This document shows, piece after piece, positions 1-10,754 of a DNA stretch of 64,000 nucleotides (positions within the stretch are counted from its first letter, which is position 1; every line of letters starts with the position of its first letter). The notes below the pieces were generated by a model that was not told the origin of the DNA, searched no databases, and saw only the letters and a list, made by a program, of their open reading frames with translations. Source of the stretch: an uncultured virus (IMG/VR IMGVR_UViG_3300034106_002431). Taxonomy: Duplodnaviria; Heunggongvirae; Uroviricota; Caudoviricetes. The stretch lies in the IMG/VR virus record IMGVR_UViG_3300034106_002431; one strand, 5' to 3'. Position numbers and translations under genes: made by a program.

Positions 1-2937
1 AATTGTAAAAGGGTTTCTGTCTTTGTAGTCATAGTAGAAACCAGACTTTTTGTATGGATATATTTCATTGCCAAATCTTGTGCCAATAGGGTTTGGAGAT
101 GTTGAGTTAAATGCTTGAGAAGCATACTCAAGGTTTCTAAGTTTAACTCTATTCTTTAATATTCCCTTTACATTAAAATCTAAATGAGTTACTATTGCAA
201 GGTCAAGTGCTCTTGCATTTGATGGTGGGTAAATAATCATATTATTAACTACTTCATACTTTGTGTTAATCCAGTTTTCTCCTGGAACAACAAAAGAATC
301 ATTTGATGGTTTTTCACTGTTAACAAAATTTGATTCTGGCAGGTTTGTACCATTTTCAATATATTGAAAAGTAATATACGATTTTACTAAAGCATTTGAC
401 GTATCATACTTATAGTTTTTGTACGCTCTATTTTTTAAATCATCATAGTTTAAATAACCAGTAAACAACTGATTATCTAGTGATGAATATGTTCTTTGTG
501 TTGGAATGTTATACTCATCATATAGTTCTTTGTAAGTCCAAGAGCCAGTTTGTTCTTCTTCAACAAATACAGATGGCGCTGGGTAATTAATGTTAAATTG
601 AATTAAATCTAAGTCATATAACTCTTTGCCTTTTTCGTCTTTGATATATTGAGCAAAATATGTAAGAGGAATGTAGTCTTCCCAATAGCCCTGAACGTCA
701 ATATCTAATGTGTAATTTTCAAAATATGAAGATGGAGATAGAGTATAACTTGCTGTGTGCTCTTGAAATCCTTCTATTGAGTAAGAGTTTACTCCTCCTG
801 AATCAATAATTTCATCCCATTCTGCAGGATTAGTTCCAAAATAGTTATCTGTTGAATTGTATTCTACGTCAACTGTATCTGCATACAGATAAAAAACGTT
901 TTCACCACTTATAGGAATTCCTCTTTCATTAAACAAGTGCTCAATTTTTTTATGATTTCTTGCTGTACAAAAACCAACTTTATAAATTTTTCCAGAAAAA
1001 GTTTCTGTGAGGTCTGACTTTCCGCCTATATAAAACTTAAGGGTGTTTGCGTTACCAAAGAATGATGCAACATTTCCTCCAAAGTATTTAGAAACTTTTT
1101 CTATGTCTAGCCCTGCAGAAAATATCTCATTTACAGTAATCCCAGCAAGTGCATTTTCGTCATACCATGAAAATGTTGCAAGCGTTGTTGGCTCAACTGA
1201 GCCATACTTTAAACTATATACAACATCGCTATTGACTGTAGATATCTCAAAGTAGTCTGAAGAATTTTGAGACTCTATCCTAAAAAGTATTTGCTTTGTT
1301 GTTGGCTCTTGCAAAAATTTAAACGATCCGTAGAACGAACTAATCTTTTGATTTAAAAAGTTTAAGTTATCAAAATACATATATCCATTTTGCACTGGGC
1401 TAAAAGAAAAGAATTTCTCACTTTCATTTTGCATTGTTTGTAGTTGAGAATATAAACCGTCAATATTAGATGACCCTAAAACTATTTCTGGCAATGAATA
1501 TTCTGGTGTGCAAAGCATATTGTTTTCTACAGAAAGGTTATCAACTACTGCCTGACTCCACTTTCCAATGTTTGGATAAGAGTAGTTGTTTGTATAATCT
1601 GCAAAGGGATAGTCTATGTAAACTGATGATCCACTATATGCCTGATTAATTCCCTCTGGAAATTCAACACCTTGTCCGTATATAAATCTTTTCTTTGCTA
1701 ATACTAGAGGTACTTGATACGTATAAATTGCAACGCAATCAAGTTCTACTGGGGATACATCTTCGTATGCATAAAACCCAATCCAGTCTTGATCTTTTTC
1801 AAAAGAATTAAGTTTTGAAGGTAGTTGTAGTTCTGAAGTTATATAGTTAAGAGATATAACTTCTTCGCCATTTATGAGCATAGATGCATAGTTTTCTGAA
1901 ATGCGAACATGCATCAACATTGGTCTTGTCCATTCGCCAACATAATAAGAGCCAGAACTACTTCCAATCTTTAAAGTAAGAAATGGCCCGTCAACATAAA
2001 CACCATCATCAGAACTAATTGGACCAATAATTCTTTTAATGGTCGATGAGTCAGAGTTGATTCTAAGCCAAGCCTCCAATGTATACTCTTTGTATTGGCC
2101 TACCTCAGATAAAAATCCTAAGCCTGGAATAATTAAAGAAGGATCTCCATTGTTTGGTAAAAGTTTTGTAAGGTTTGATGCTCCATATACAAGTGGAATA
2201 CCAGTGTTCTTTGCCATAAGACTATTGTCTTTAACTAAATAATATCCTTTATTGTTTTGTAATCCATAGGCGTTTGCTTCAATTCCAAAATATGGACTTA
2301 ATGCTATATCTGATGGTATTGATATTTTTTGAACACCCAAAGATGATGAGTTAAACTCTTCACACCATTGGCCAGCGGTAATGCCATTAACAAGAAATTC
2401 GTAATCGTCTACGCTTGATGCACCACCAATATAATTGATCTTTAATACAATTCTAAACTCTGTATTATCTTCTGGAATATCAAATGTTTCAGAGATAAAA
2501 AACCACTTGTCTTTAACCGATGTTGTATAAGACTTAAGTCTTTGAATCGTGCTTCCTGAAGTTGTGTCATAGTATTCATAACCAATTTCAAAACTAGAGG
2601 CATAGGCACTTATTGAGTTAAAAAATGCACCTACTGAGAATGTAGACAAAGTATCGTTTAAAGATGAAAAGTTAACTATATTATTGCTTATACAAGTAAT
2701 TTGTCCAAAGTCATTCTCTGTAAGAATTCCTGTAATTTTTGTTGTTTGACTGTCTATAAATGGCTCGTCAGTAGTAGCATGATTGACCGCAGTTCCATTG
2801 GTTATTGTCCAAGAGGTTACATCTCTATCAGACTCATCAATTAAACTAATATAATCTGCAACGTCATCCAATGCCCAAAGAGCAATGGGATGTTCTGCAT
2901 ATATTTTTTCTGCATATAGGTTTGATGAACTAGACAT
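1..2937 (-). CDS. Large virion/tail structural protein, possibly LamG/ConA-like; runs off the left window edge
   Basis: ATG at 2937 reads MSSSSNLYAEKIYAEHPIALWALDD. Absent from the ORF track, presumably because no stop lies inside the window; I did not check every codon. Confidence 0.6.
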   Translation of the reverse strand, partial: MSSSSNLYAEKIYAEHPIALWALDDVADYISLIDESDRDVTSWTITNGTAVNHATTDEPFIDSQTTKITGILTENDFGQITCISNNIVNFSSLNDTLSTFSVGAFFNSISAYASSFEIGYEYYDTTSGSTIQRLKSYTTSVKDKWFFISETFDIPEDNTEFRIVLKINYIGGASSVDDYEFLVNGITAGQWCEEFNSSSLGVQKISIPSDIALSPYFGIEANAYGLQNNKGYYLVKDNSLMAKNTGIPLVYGASNLTKLLPNNGDPSLIIPGLGFLSEVGQYKEYTLEAWLRINSDSSTIKRIIGPISSDDGVYVDGPFLTLKIGSSSGSYYVGEWTRPMLMHVRISENYASMLINGEEVISLNYITSELQLPSKLNSFEKDQDWIGFYAYEDVSPVELDCVAIYTYQVPLVLAKKRFIYGQGVEFPEGINQAYSGSSVYIDYPFADYTNNYSYPNIGKWSQAVVDNLSVENNMLCTPEYSLPEIVLGSSNIDGLYSQLQTMQNESEKFFSFSPVQNGYMYFDNLNFLNQKISSFYGSFKFLQEPTTKQILFRIESQNSSDYFEISTVNSDVVYSLKYGSVEPTTLATFSWYDENALAGITVNEIFSAGLDIEKVSKYFGGNVASFFGNANTLKFYIGGKSDLTETFSGKIYKVGFCTARNHKKIEHLFNERGIPISGENVFYLYADTVDVEYNSTDNYFGTNPAEWDEIIDSGGVNSYSIEGFQEHTASYTLSPSSYFENYTLDIDVQGYWEDYIPLTYFAQYIKDEKGKELYDLDLIQFNINYPAPSVFVEEEQTGSWTYKELYDEYNIPTQRTYSSLDNQLFTGYLNYDDLKNRAYKNYKYDTSNALVKSYITFQYIENGTNLPESNFVNSEKPSNDSFVVPGENWINTKYEVVNNMIIYPPSNARALDLAIVTHLDFNVKGILKNRVKLRNLEYASQAFNSTSPNPIGTRFGNEIYPYKKSGFYYDYKDRNPFTI

Positions 2938-2962
2938 TATAAGTCTATTTTACCACAGAAGG

Positions 2963-4996
2963 CTACTTATTTATTTTAATTTCACAGTAGTCAGTGGTGC
3001 AGTACATTTCTCCTTGAGCCTCAAGATTTTCTGCTCCGTCATAGATAGCAGAAAAATCAATGTGCTTTAACTTGCCAATATATGACTCATACTGCTCTTC
3101 AGTAATCTGAGTATATGGCTGTTGCGGATATGTGTGATTTCCCATTGGTAGGAACGAAACTGCCTTTAATTGTCCCTCGTACATATGCAGCGCTGGAACA
3201 ACATGCTTTGACTCTGTTTCCTTGTCAAATGAAAGAGTTACAGAAACACCATTATCAGACCAGTACTTTTGAGCAGTTGCAGCAAGGGCAATCTTTTCAA
3301 ATAGTGTTACATCCTTTTCAGATCTTGGATGACCTGACTTAATTGGGAAGTAAACTACTGATGTATTTGCTGACACTACGTCATCTTCAATTGTGTACCC
3401 CGCTGCTTTGAACAAATGCATCATTGGATCTGTATTTCCAAATCGAACTGCACGAAGGAAGAAGTTTCCTCCAGGTCCCCAGTGAACTCCAGGAGTTGCC
3501 CCAGAAAGAATTGAAACTGATCCTGATGGCTTAACTGTTGTTACACGAATTGATTCACGAACACATAGCCATTCTGAATACTGGTGGTCATAGTGACGAA
3601 TCTTGTTGTATCCTTCATCCATCCACTCACGAACAATTGGCAAACCCTTTTGATCTGCAAATGATGCAATACCTGTTAGTGATGTACCAATACGACGATT
3701 GCGTTGCATGATACCGTTTGTTTGTGGCCAGTGTGTTGGAACAAGTGTAACAGTCTTTCCATAAAGGTATGCGAACTTCAGGGTACGCAGGAAGTCTTCC
3801 TTAGATTCATGACGATTCAAGTGCACTTCTACAAGTGTACATAATTCGTATGATTCCAATGGCTGCTCCGCACATGGGTTAAATCCCATCACACGATAAT
3901 CCTTACCGTCTGGCGCATCCTTTAGTCGTCCATAATTACGAGCAACATCAAGCCAGATAAAACCTGGTTCTCCGTTTTCAGTAATTAAATCTACATAGTC
4001 TTCGTACTTTGTTCCTACCTCTGCTGAGATAGAGTTGTTAGACATCCAAGCCCAGCCTGGATTCTCTGGGTCAAACGAGTTACGCTCTGGGAACATCTCT
4101 GAATTCTTTAGATTCATGAATGTGTCGTCTCCTGCAGTACCCAAAGCAAGTGTTGCTGATCTGCGAACATTGCCTGATACAACGCATGTACCAATAAGGT
4201 TTACCAAGTCTACAATGGCACGAGAATCTAGTGTTTCTCCGCCTCTGGAGCCGATTACACGGTCTATCTGGTCGTGCAACTTGATAAGAGGTGCAGGTCC
4301 TGATGCAACGCCTCCAAAGCCCTTAATGGGTGCTCCAAGAGGTCTGATTAAATCATAGTTAAACTTCTGAATGCTCTGGTTTGCTCTCAAGTATGAGTTG
4401 ATTAGAAGTCTGACTGACTCTACCCAGCCTTCACGAGTGTCTGGAATTTCGAACACCTGTTCTGGTTCTGTTGGGGTATAGATTGAGAAATTCTTATCCT
4501 GTCCCACTGTATCAAACCCTACACCAATACCAAGCATCAAGGCATCCATGACCCAAGCAAATAATGCCCCTGGATCATTCTTGTCAAGGTCCTTTGTTGA
4601 AACCATTGCACAGTTCTGTAGTGCTGCTGAGTTCTTCTTCTCCATAGTCATAGGAGTTCCAAATGCCCACATACCACGACCTGGTGGTGTCCACTTTAGT
4701 TCAAACATTCTTTGGAATGCTTCTTGTGCAGACTTCTGAGCCTTGTAATCATTCCATGGCAAACGGTTTTCTTTAGCATGGTTTTTCTGTACTGAATACA
4801 TCCCCTCGATTACACGACGACAAACTTCGTGCCATCTTTCCTTAGTTCCATCTTCCTTCATACGAGAATATGTACGAATAAAAGTAATTTCTCCAAGTGA
4901 ATTTTCTGCTGCATCCTTAAACCCAAATGGGCTTTCTTGGCTTTTGTACTTTTCTACGAAGTCCTCTGGAAGTTTAAAACTAAAAAAATCTGACAT
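2963..4996 (-). CDS. nrdJ: Class II (adenosylcobalamin-dependent) ribonucleotide reductase, monomeric RTPR type
   Basis: PPGRG, LQNC, VVSGNVRRSA, NPCAEQ, TVKPSGS and a C-terminal CxxxxC (CTTDYC). Confidence 0.93.
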   Translation of the reverse strand: MSDFFSFKLPEDFVEKYKSQESPFGFKDAAENSLGEITFIRTYSRMKEDGTKERWHEVCRRVIEGMYSVQKNHAKENRLPWNDYKAQKSAQEAFQRMFELKWTPPGRGMWAFGTPMTMEKKNSAALQNCAMVSTKDLDKNDPGALFAWVMDALMLGIGVGFDTVGQDKNFSIYTPTEPEQVFEIPDTREGWVESVRLLINSYLRANQSIQKFNYDLIRPLGAPIKGFGGVASGPAPLIKLHDQIDRVIGSRGGETLDSRAIVDLVNLIGTCVVSGNVRRSATLALGTAGDDTFMNLKNSEMFPERNSFDPENPGWAWMSNNSISAEVGTKYEDYVDLITENGEPGFIWLDVARNYGRLKDAPDGKDYRVMGFNPCAEQPLESYELCTLVEVHLNRHESKEDFLRTLKFAYLYGKTVTLVPTHWPQTNGIMQRNRRIGTSLTGIASFADQKGLPIVREWMDEGYNKIRHYDHQYSEWLCVRESIRVTTVKPSGSVSILSGATPGVHWGPGGNFFLRAVRFGNTDPMMHLFKAAGYTIEDDVVSANTSVVYFPIKSGHPRSEKDVTLFEKIALAATAQKYWSDNGVSVTLSFDKETESKHVVPALHMYEGQLKAVSFLPMGNHTYPQQPYTQITEEQYESYIGKLKHIDFSAIYDGAENLEAQGEMYCTTDYCEIKINK

Positions 4997-5057
4997 TTGT
5001 ATCGTCCTTTCAAAAACGGATTAAGTCATAAGTATAGCAGAGTTTTATAAAAAGTAA

Positions 5058-5088
5058 AACTCTCCCCTAAATAAGAGGTTGAGAGTTA
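5058..5088 (-). terminator. Possible hairpin/terminator between the SDR gene and nrdJ
   Basis: AACTCTC...GAGAGTT inverted repeat. Confidence 0.35.
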
Positions 5089-5092
5089 AAAA

Positions 5093-5755
5093 TTATTTAC
5101 CACTAAGTATATGATTTATCTCTATATGATTTATGTTAACATGTTTTGGTAGACTTGCTACCCATCTTATAGACTCAGCCATATCTTCAGCAGTTATTGC
5201 AATCTCTCTTTTTTCTATTTGTGTATCAATTGTACCTGGACAAATCTCAGTAACTTTAATCCCATACTCTGGAAACTCTAGCCTCATGGTGTCTACAAGA
5301 GCCATCATTCCTCTTTTAGCATTTGTGTAATTTCCACCAGATCTATATGGATACTTTCCACCAAGAGAACTAACAAAAATTATTGTTGCGGACTCTGACT
5401 TTTTCATACATGGGACAAAAAGTTGAGAAAGATACATTGGGCCAGAGACATTTATATCGTAGGCTCTTCTAAAGTTATCCATTGTTTCATTGATAATGCT
5501 GGTTGGTCCAGCACCTCCTCCTGCATTGTTTACTAGCAGGTCTAGAGTTATATCTTTGTATTGATCATAAAACTTTTTTAATTCGTTGGCATTTGTAATG
5601 TCCATTTGATAGACCTCTACATTATCCCCGACTAAGCCTGAAACTTTAGAAAGATCTCTTGAAACAGCAATAACCTTATATCCATTTTCAGATAAAAGTT
5701 TTACTGTTGCATAACCAACACCTTTACTGGCTCCTGTTACTATTGCTGTTTTCAA
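5093..5755 (-). CDS. Short-chain dehydrogenase/reductase (SDR)
   Basis: TGASKGVG Rossmann motif, NNAG, YTNAK catalytic motif. Confidence 0.92.
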   Translation of the reverse strand: MKTAIVTGASKGVGYATVKLLSENGYKVIAVSRDLSKVSGLVGDNVEVYQMDITNANELKKFYDQYKDITLDLLVNNAGGGAGPTSIINETMDNFRRAYDINVSGPMYLSQLFVPCMKKSESATIIFVSSLGGKYPYRSGGNYTNAKRGMMALVDTMRLEFPEYGIKVTEICPGTIDTQIEKREIAITAEDMAESIRWVASLPKHVNINHIEINHILSGK

Positions 5756-5757
5756 TA

Positions 5758-6387
5758 TTAGTGAATCCAGTGTTGTGGAACCATGATCTTTTCACCGCTT
5801 TTGACTAAGTGTGCAGTGTGATGATATGGTGGTGATGGTGGGAAGACAATAATGCTTCCAGCCTTTGGCTTTATTGCAAATGAATAATTTCCATTATGCT
5901 CTGCTTCTGCAAAATCTGCTTCTGGGCTTGCATTCTGCAAGACTCCGTCTGGAGAAGCAATAGTGAAAGATAATTCTCCGCCTTCATAGTCATCGTTAAG
6001 ATACATTACGAAAGAAACCTTTAGTCTCTCATCTCCCTCTTGCTGATCAAAGTGAGCACCCATGTAGGTTCCTGCTTGGTACTTCTTGATTGGGTACTGA
6101 GGAAATAGTTTTGGTTCATCTGTGATACCTTGAGCCTTTGCGTAATCTCTTGCAACATCGTCAAATGCCTTTTGCAAAGTATTATAGATATACTTATCTT
6201 TTTCGTCAGCCTCTGCAGTTAATGTAATAGTCTTGTCTGTTCCATAGACATAGTGTTGTCCACTGCAAGCCATCCACTCGCCCCATTCATCCTTGTTGTC
6301 GTTTTCAATTGCATCAACAAGTTTCTTTGGGTCTTCGATTACATTTGTGTAATAGTAAACCTTTTCTTCAAGTATTTCTCTGTCCAT
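5758..6387 (-). CDS. 2OG-Fe(II) oxygenase, prolyl-4-hydroxylase-like
   Basis: HFD...YLNDDYEGGEL...HHTAH...K. Confidence 0.88.
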   Translation of the reverse strand: MDREILEEKVYYYTNVIEDPKKLVDAIENDNKDEWGEWMACSGQHYVYGTDKTITLTAEADEKDKYIYNTLQKAFDDVARDYAKAQGITDEPKLFPQYPIKKYQAGTYMGAHFDQQEGDERLKVSFVMYLNDDYEGGELSFTIASPDGVLQNASPEADFAEAEHNGNYSFAIKPKAGSIIVFPPSPPYHHTAHLVKSGEKIMVPQHWIH

Positions 6388-6398
6388 TGTATATCTCC

Positions 6399-7061
6399 TT
6401 AGTATTTATTTTTCTCATAAAAACCTGTTACCTTCATAAATCCTACAGTAACATATCTTATGGGTCCTTCTCCTACAAACCTTACTCCATGCTCATATTC
6501 TTCGTTTCCTGGGAAAATAAGCAATGTTCCTGGTTTTGGCCTTAAGTCTGAATCTTCTTTATTTTTAAAGAACAAAGTTCCATCCTTATAGTCATCATTA
6601 ATGTATAGTATAGCAGCATATCTAATGGATGGGTCTGTGTGCTGGTCTGTGTGAGACTTTAACTCAACTCCAGCCTGCATTCTTTGTAGTGTCCCAAACC
6701 CAGCAAGTTCTAGAGATGGATCTGCTAGTTCTAATAGTTTGCCTAGTCTACCTTGAAGAGTCATGCTTATCTCTTTGGTCGTAATGTTTAGATTCTTGTC
6801 TTCCCATCCCTGAGTAATTTCAAATTTTCCTTCAGCAACAAGGTTTTCTACGTCGTCTCTTCCAAACTTCTCCATGCAAAATCTAGCAAGATTCTTTGTA
6901 TACTCTATTGACCACTCTTCGTTTGGAGTAGTCTCAATTATTTCCAATATAGTGTCTAACTCTTCTGGCTTTAAAAAATCTTTTACAAACAAAACTTGGT
7001 CATGGAAAACCTCAGTATCGTAGCCAGCGTCATCAAACTCTTTTTTTAGAAATGCTTCCAT
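6399..7061 (-). CDS. 2OG-Fe(II) oxygenase
   Basis: HTD...YINDDYKDGTL...HGV...RY. Confidence 0.88.
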   Translation of the reverse strand: MEAFLKKEFDDAGYDTEVFHDQVLFVKDFLKPEELDTILEIIETTPNEEWSIEYTKNLARFCMEKFGRDDVENLVAEGKFEITQGWEDKNLNITTKEISMTLQGRLGKLLELADPSLELAGFGTLQRMQAGVELKSHTDQHTDPSIRYAAILYINDDYKDGTLFFKNKEDSDLRPKPGTLLIFPGNEEYEHGVRFVGEGPIRYVTVGFMKVTGFYEKNKY

Positions 7062-7808
7062 TTACAAATCCTCAACCTTGTACTTGTTGCCGTCAGCATC
7101 TAACTTCCAGCCTTCTTTTAACAGTTCTTGCCATTCTGCTCTTTCAATTTCTTGCTTGGCTCTAGTCTCTTTCATTTCTTCAGCCCAGGCATCTCTTAGT
7201 TCTTGTGGATAGTCTGACTCTTCTCTATCGTCCCAGAACGAACCAATAGTGTATCTAACTCCACTGGTTATAAGAGTTACTTCGTGCATGTTATTAAATC
7301 CCCCGTCAAATGCAGCAAGCATTCCTACTTTAGGCTGAAGACTTATATCTTGATCTGGGAACTGCAACATTCCACCTTCAAAGTCATCGTTCAAATACAA
7401 AAATGCTGCATATCTACTTCTTGTAAAAGCACCAGAGTGTCCATGCTCATCTGTGTTATCAGAATGCTTTCTTGCATATGCTCCTGGCTCCCACTTCTGT
7501 GTGTGGTATCCAATTTGAGAAATTATCTTTGGGTCAAGGTCGTGAACGCTTGCAACAGCATTAACAATCCCCTGTTTGATTTGTGAGAATATGTCGCTTG
7601 GCAACCCTTCATTTTCTACATGCTCATCATTGTCTTGTGGCAATACTGAAGAGTAAGACTCGTAGAAAGATATGGGCATCCACGTAATTAATCCGAGTTC
7701 TGCATGCTTGTCTAAAACCTTTACAAGTTTAGCAGCAGTCTCTGCATCAACAAAGTTTTCATAAACAACTATGTCTTTGGTTATTCTTTTTTTATTATCT
7801 AGATTCAT
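7062..7808 (-). CDS. 2OG-Fe(II) oxygenase
   Basis: HSD...YLNDDFEGG...HEV...RY. Confidence 0.88.
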   Translation of the reverse strand: MNLDNKKRITKDIVVYENFVDAETAAKLVKVLDKHAELGLITWMPISFYESYSSVLPQDNDEHVENEGLPSDIFSQIKQGIVNAVASVHDLDPKIISQIGYHTQKWEPGAYARKHSDNTDEHGHSGAFTRSRYAAFLYLNDDFEGGMLQFPDQDISLQPKVGMLAAFDGGFNNMHEVTLITSGVRYTIGSFWDDREESDYPQELRDAWAEEMKETRAKQEIERAEWQELLKEGWKLDADGNKYKVEDL

Positions 7809-8677
7809 TTTATCCTTCTTTCTTTGTCAGCACTACTTTTATTAGGATTCTCATCTCTAAATTTTTGCATAATATCTTTTTGCATTTCCTGCCACTTTTC
7901 TTTGCCAAACTTTTCTTCATTTTCAAACCACTCTGAATCGCCAACAGAATACTTTGTCCAGTACATTCTTGAAAGATATTTTGATTTATGTTTTGCTGGC
8001 ATGACTCCATGAAGATATATATATTTTTCAGACATTAGAAAATCTGGATGACCTGATGGGAAAACAAGAAGGTCTCCAGCCTCTGGCTTATACATATACG
8101 CTTCTCCGTTTACTATAAAGTCAATTTCTCCACCTTCGTAGTCGTCATTAAAATAGGTTAAAGCAGTAATTGCAAACTTGTGTCCTGGGCTTACAATTGG
8201 CTCTCTTATATAGTCTGTATGGTATGTCATTGCTACTGAATCTTCAATATCTGGTGTATACCTTGCAATAGATGGACCAGTATATTCCCAATCGCTAATT
8301 ATATTTCCATTTTGATCTTTAATGTCTGGAACAATTTTATTTTCATCAAAATCAACATTATTTTTTGCAATATAGTCTTTTGTTGCTATCATAAAATTAT
8401 TTAAAATTTCCAAAAGAACTTGCTTATGCTCTTCTTGCTTTTCTGTTGAAGTTTCCACTTTTTCAGCATGCTCTATTTTTAAATTATCGTTGTATCCTTT
8501 AAATATTGGATTAATATATTCGCCAAACTTAGACCAGGGTGTCCATGGACTAAACAGACCGTCCTCTTCTCCATTAGACTCTTTTAAAAGGTTATAGGTT
8601 TTATCAATATCTTTAAAAAGACCCTTGTATACAAAAATCTTTGGATATATTTCAACTACATTGAAGGAATTTGTCAC
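7805..8677 (-). CDS. 2OG-Fe(II) oxygenase
   Basis: HTD...YFNDDYEGGEI...HGV...KY. Confidence 0.86.
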   Translation of the reverse strand: MTNSFNVVEIYPKIFVYKGLFKDIDKTYNLLKESNGEEDGLFSPWTPWSKFGEYINPIFKGYNDNLKIEHAEKVETSTEKQEEHKQVLLEILNNFMIATKDYIAKNNVDFDENKIVPDIKDQNGNIISDWEYTGPSIARYTPDIEDSVAMTYHTDYIREPIVSPGHKFAITALTYFNDDYEGGEIDFIVNGEAYMYKPEAGDLLVFPSGHPDFLMSEKYIYLHGVMPAKHKSKYLSRMYWTKYSVGDSEWFENEEKFGKEKWQEMQKDIMQKFRDENPNKSSADKERRIK

Positions 8678-9348
8678 GGCTTTCTATCTCCTGTGTGTTC
8701 TGTGATTTCCCAGAAGAACGGACATGTATATCTAATACCACTCTTAATCTCTGTTACTCCGTGAATATAGTTTTTATCCCCTGGGAAAAAATATGCTGCA
8801 CCTTTTTTAGGTTTAAACTGAACTCCTTGTAGTGGGAAGTAAAGTTCTCCACCCTCATAATCATCATTCAAATAGAACAAACTAGAAAGGTCGTAGTTTG
8901 GAAAATCATTTGGAGTTCCAGCATCTGGACCTTCATGCAGTTCTTTGTCTGCATGAGGCTTCTGTAACTGGCCAGGTAGCCATCTAACAATGGTTGTTCC
9001 AGTAGGAATAACCTTTACCTTGTAGAACTCTTCAACTATTGGCTTTAGTCTTTCAAACAGACCTGCAATAATTGGAGCAATCGATGGATCATTCTTATCT
9101 AGAGTAGGACTAGTAGCAACCCTGTCTTTCCAATAACTTGCTTCATATACAACAGTTCCATTTTCATTAACATGGCTTTCAGTAACATCCCAAATTGTTA
9201 ATGACTTTGCAGCCTTTTCTAGAAACTCTATTTCTTCTTGAGTCATAAAATTTTCTAACTCAACAATCATATCTTTGCTATTACCAAACCAGCCTGACGG
9301 TGTCATTGATGGTTTTCTTTGTACTACCTTATATTCATCCATGTTCAT
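8674..9348 (-). CDS. 2OG-Fe(II) oxygenase
   Basis: HAD...YLNDDYEGGEL...HGV...RY. Confidence 0.88.
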   Translation of the reverse strand: MNMDEYKVVQRKPSMTPSGWFGNSKDMIVELENFMTQEEIEFLEKAAKSLTIWDVTESHVNENGTVVYEASYWKDRVATSPTLDKNDPSIAPIIAGLFERLKPIVEEFYKVKVIPTGTTIVRWLPGQLQKPHADKELHEGPDAGTPNDFPNYDLSSLFYLNDDYEGGELYFPLQGVQFKPKKGAAYFFPGDKNYIHGVTEIKSGIRYTCPFFWEITEHTGDRKP

Positions 9349-10061
9349 ATTGTATCACCATTCGTGTTATCTTTAACTGAAAGTTTTAAGGCTTTTACTT
9401 CGTGAGAACCCAGACTTTCTCCCTTTTCATTAACAGCATCTCTATACCAATCTGTCCATTTCCCAGACTTATTGACTTCTTGTGCTGCTTCTCCGTAGGA
9501 TATGTTTGCTTTTTCTTTTGACCTGTCCTCATCTCTATATTTAACAAGTTCTATGACTGTGTTATTTAAACTTGTTAGAGATATAGGAATAACAGTTGCT
9601 ATTGGAGTTCCTGCTTTTATAACCACTCTTTGATTTGCTTTTCGTGCTTTAATGGCTAGTGGGAGTGGATTAGGATAAAAAGATGTACTGATCAAATTAG
9701 ACATAGTCTCAAAGTCTTCGCTGAAATAGTTTACTGGATTAATTGTCCAAATGCTGATGTCTGGATCTGTTTTAAAAACCAAACTAGTGTTTAAACTTAT
9801 AGAAGCCTGACCTCTTCCAGCATAAGAACTTGTTGGACTAAATATTTTTATATGCTGATCTGTTTGGTCAGTTATTCCATCCCATTCAAATTCAATATCT
9901 TCTGTGCAAGAAAGGTTCCATCCAACGACGTTTGCCTGTGTTACTGGAAAACATCTGTATGCGTGGTTTTCTGATGTTGCATCCATCCATTCTCTTTTGA
10001 TTGACATTGGGCTAATCTCAAAGTTACTCCCTTGCATTTTTTCTACTGAAATATTTAGCAT
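9345..10061 (-). CDS. Conserved protein, DUF6065-like
   Basis: REWMD...AYRCFP...ANVVGW N-terminus and GTPIATVIP near the C-terminus; start placed at the ATG overlapping the upstream stop. Confidence 0.55.
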   Translation of the reverse strand: MLNISVEKMQGSNFEISPMSIKREWMDATSENHAYRCFPVTQANVVGWNLSCTEDIEFEWDGITDQTDQHIKIFSPTSSYAGRGQASISLNTSLVFKTDPDISIWTINPVNYFSEDFETMSNLISTSFYPNPLPLAIKARKANQRVVIKAGTPIATVIPISLTSLNNTVIELVKYRDEDRSKEKANISYGEAAQEVNKSGKWTDWYRDAVNEKGESLGSHEVKALKLSVKDNTNGDTI

Positions 10062-10744
10062 TACTCTTGATCCCATTTTGAATCATACATGTCTGGTGTA
10101 TGATACTTTTTGCTGTAATCTAACATAGTTACAATTGAATACTTTGTTCCAGAGTGCACTGGCATTGCCTGATGAGGATACATAAAGTTAGACGGGAAGA
10201 TATAAAGATCTCCAGCCTTTGGCTTAATGTTTAAGCCCTGCAATCTAAAGAACAACTCTCCACCATCATAATCATCATTTACATATGCAACTAAAGAAAG
10301 AGTGCAGTTATAAGAATATCCATGATCATGATGCTCTTTAAAGTGTTGTCCTGGGCCATACTTAATAAAATTAAATGCCTCCCAATACTTAAGTGGCATG
10401 ATGTTGTAATCTCTTCTGTAATCTTCTACTGCTGCAAACTGTGCATCATAGACATCTTGCCACAGTTCCTGAAGATTTAATGAGTCTTGGCTTTTGTCTA
10501 ATTCTATATCTGTTTTCTTAAACTTAAAGTCAACGCAGTCTCTATAGTCTGGCATAAGTTGCTGATATCCTACATATGCTGGCATCCAGTGATATCTTTT
10601 TCCTTCTGCTGACAACTCTCCATATCCAGCAACTGATCCTAGATTGGCTTCAAGTCTGTTTATCACATCAAACTCTTTCTTAATTACGCCTCTATAGCAA
10701 ATAATTCCATTGCCAAGATCTTCTTTTTCTGTCCATGTCTGCAT
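10061..10744 (-). CDS. 2OG-Fe(II) oxygenase
   Basis: HHD...YVNDDYDGGEL...HQA...KY; AAGGAG RBS before the ATG at 10744. Confidence 0.88.
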   Translation of the reverse strand: MQTWTEKEDLGNGIICYRGVIKKEFDVINRLEANLGSVAGYGELSAEGKRYHWMPAYVGYQQLMPDYRDCVDFKFKKTDIELDKSQDSLNLQELWQDVYDAQFAAVEDYRRDYNIMPLKYWEAFNFIKYGPGQHFKEHHDHGYSYNCTLSLVAYVNDDYDGGELFFRLQGLNIKPKAGDLYIFPSNFMYPHQAMPVHSGTKYSIVTMLDYSKKYHTPDMYDSKWDQE

Positions 10745-10754
10745 TGTATTCTCC

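Noticed and set aside
2963..4996. Intein or intron in nrdJ
   Set aside because: The length and motif spacing fit an uninterrupted enzyme.
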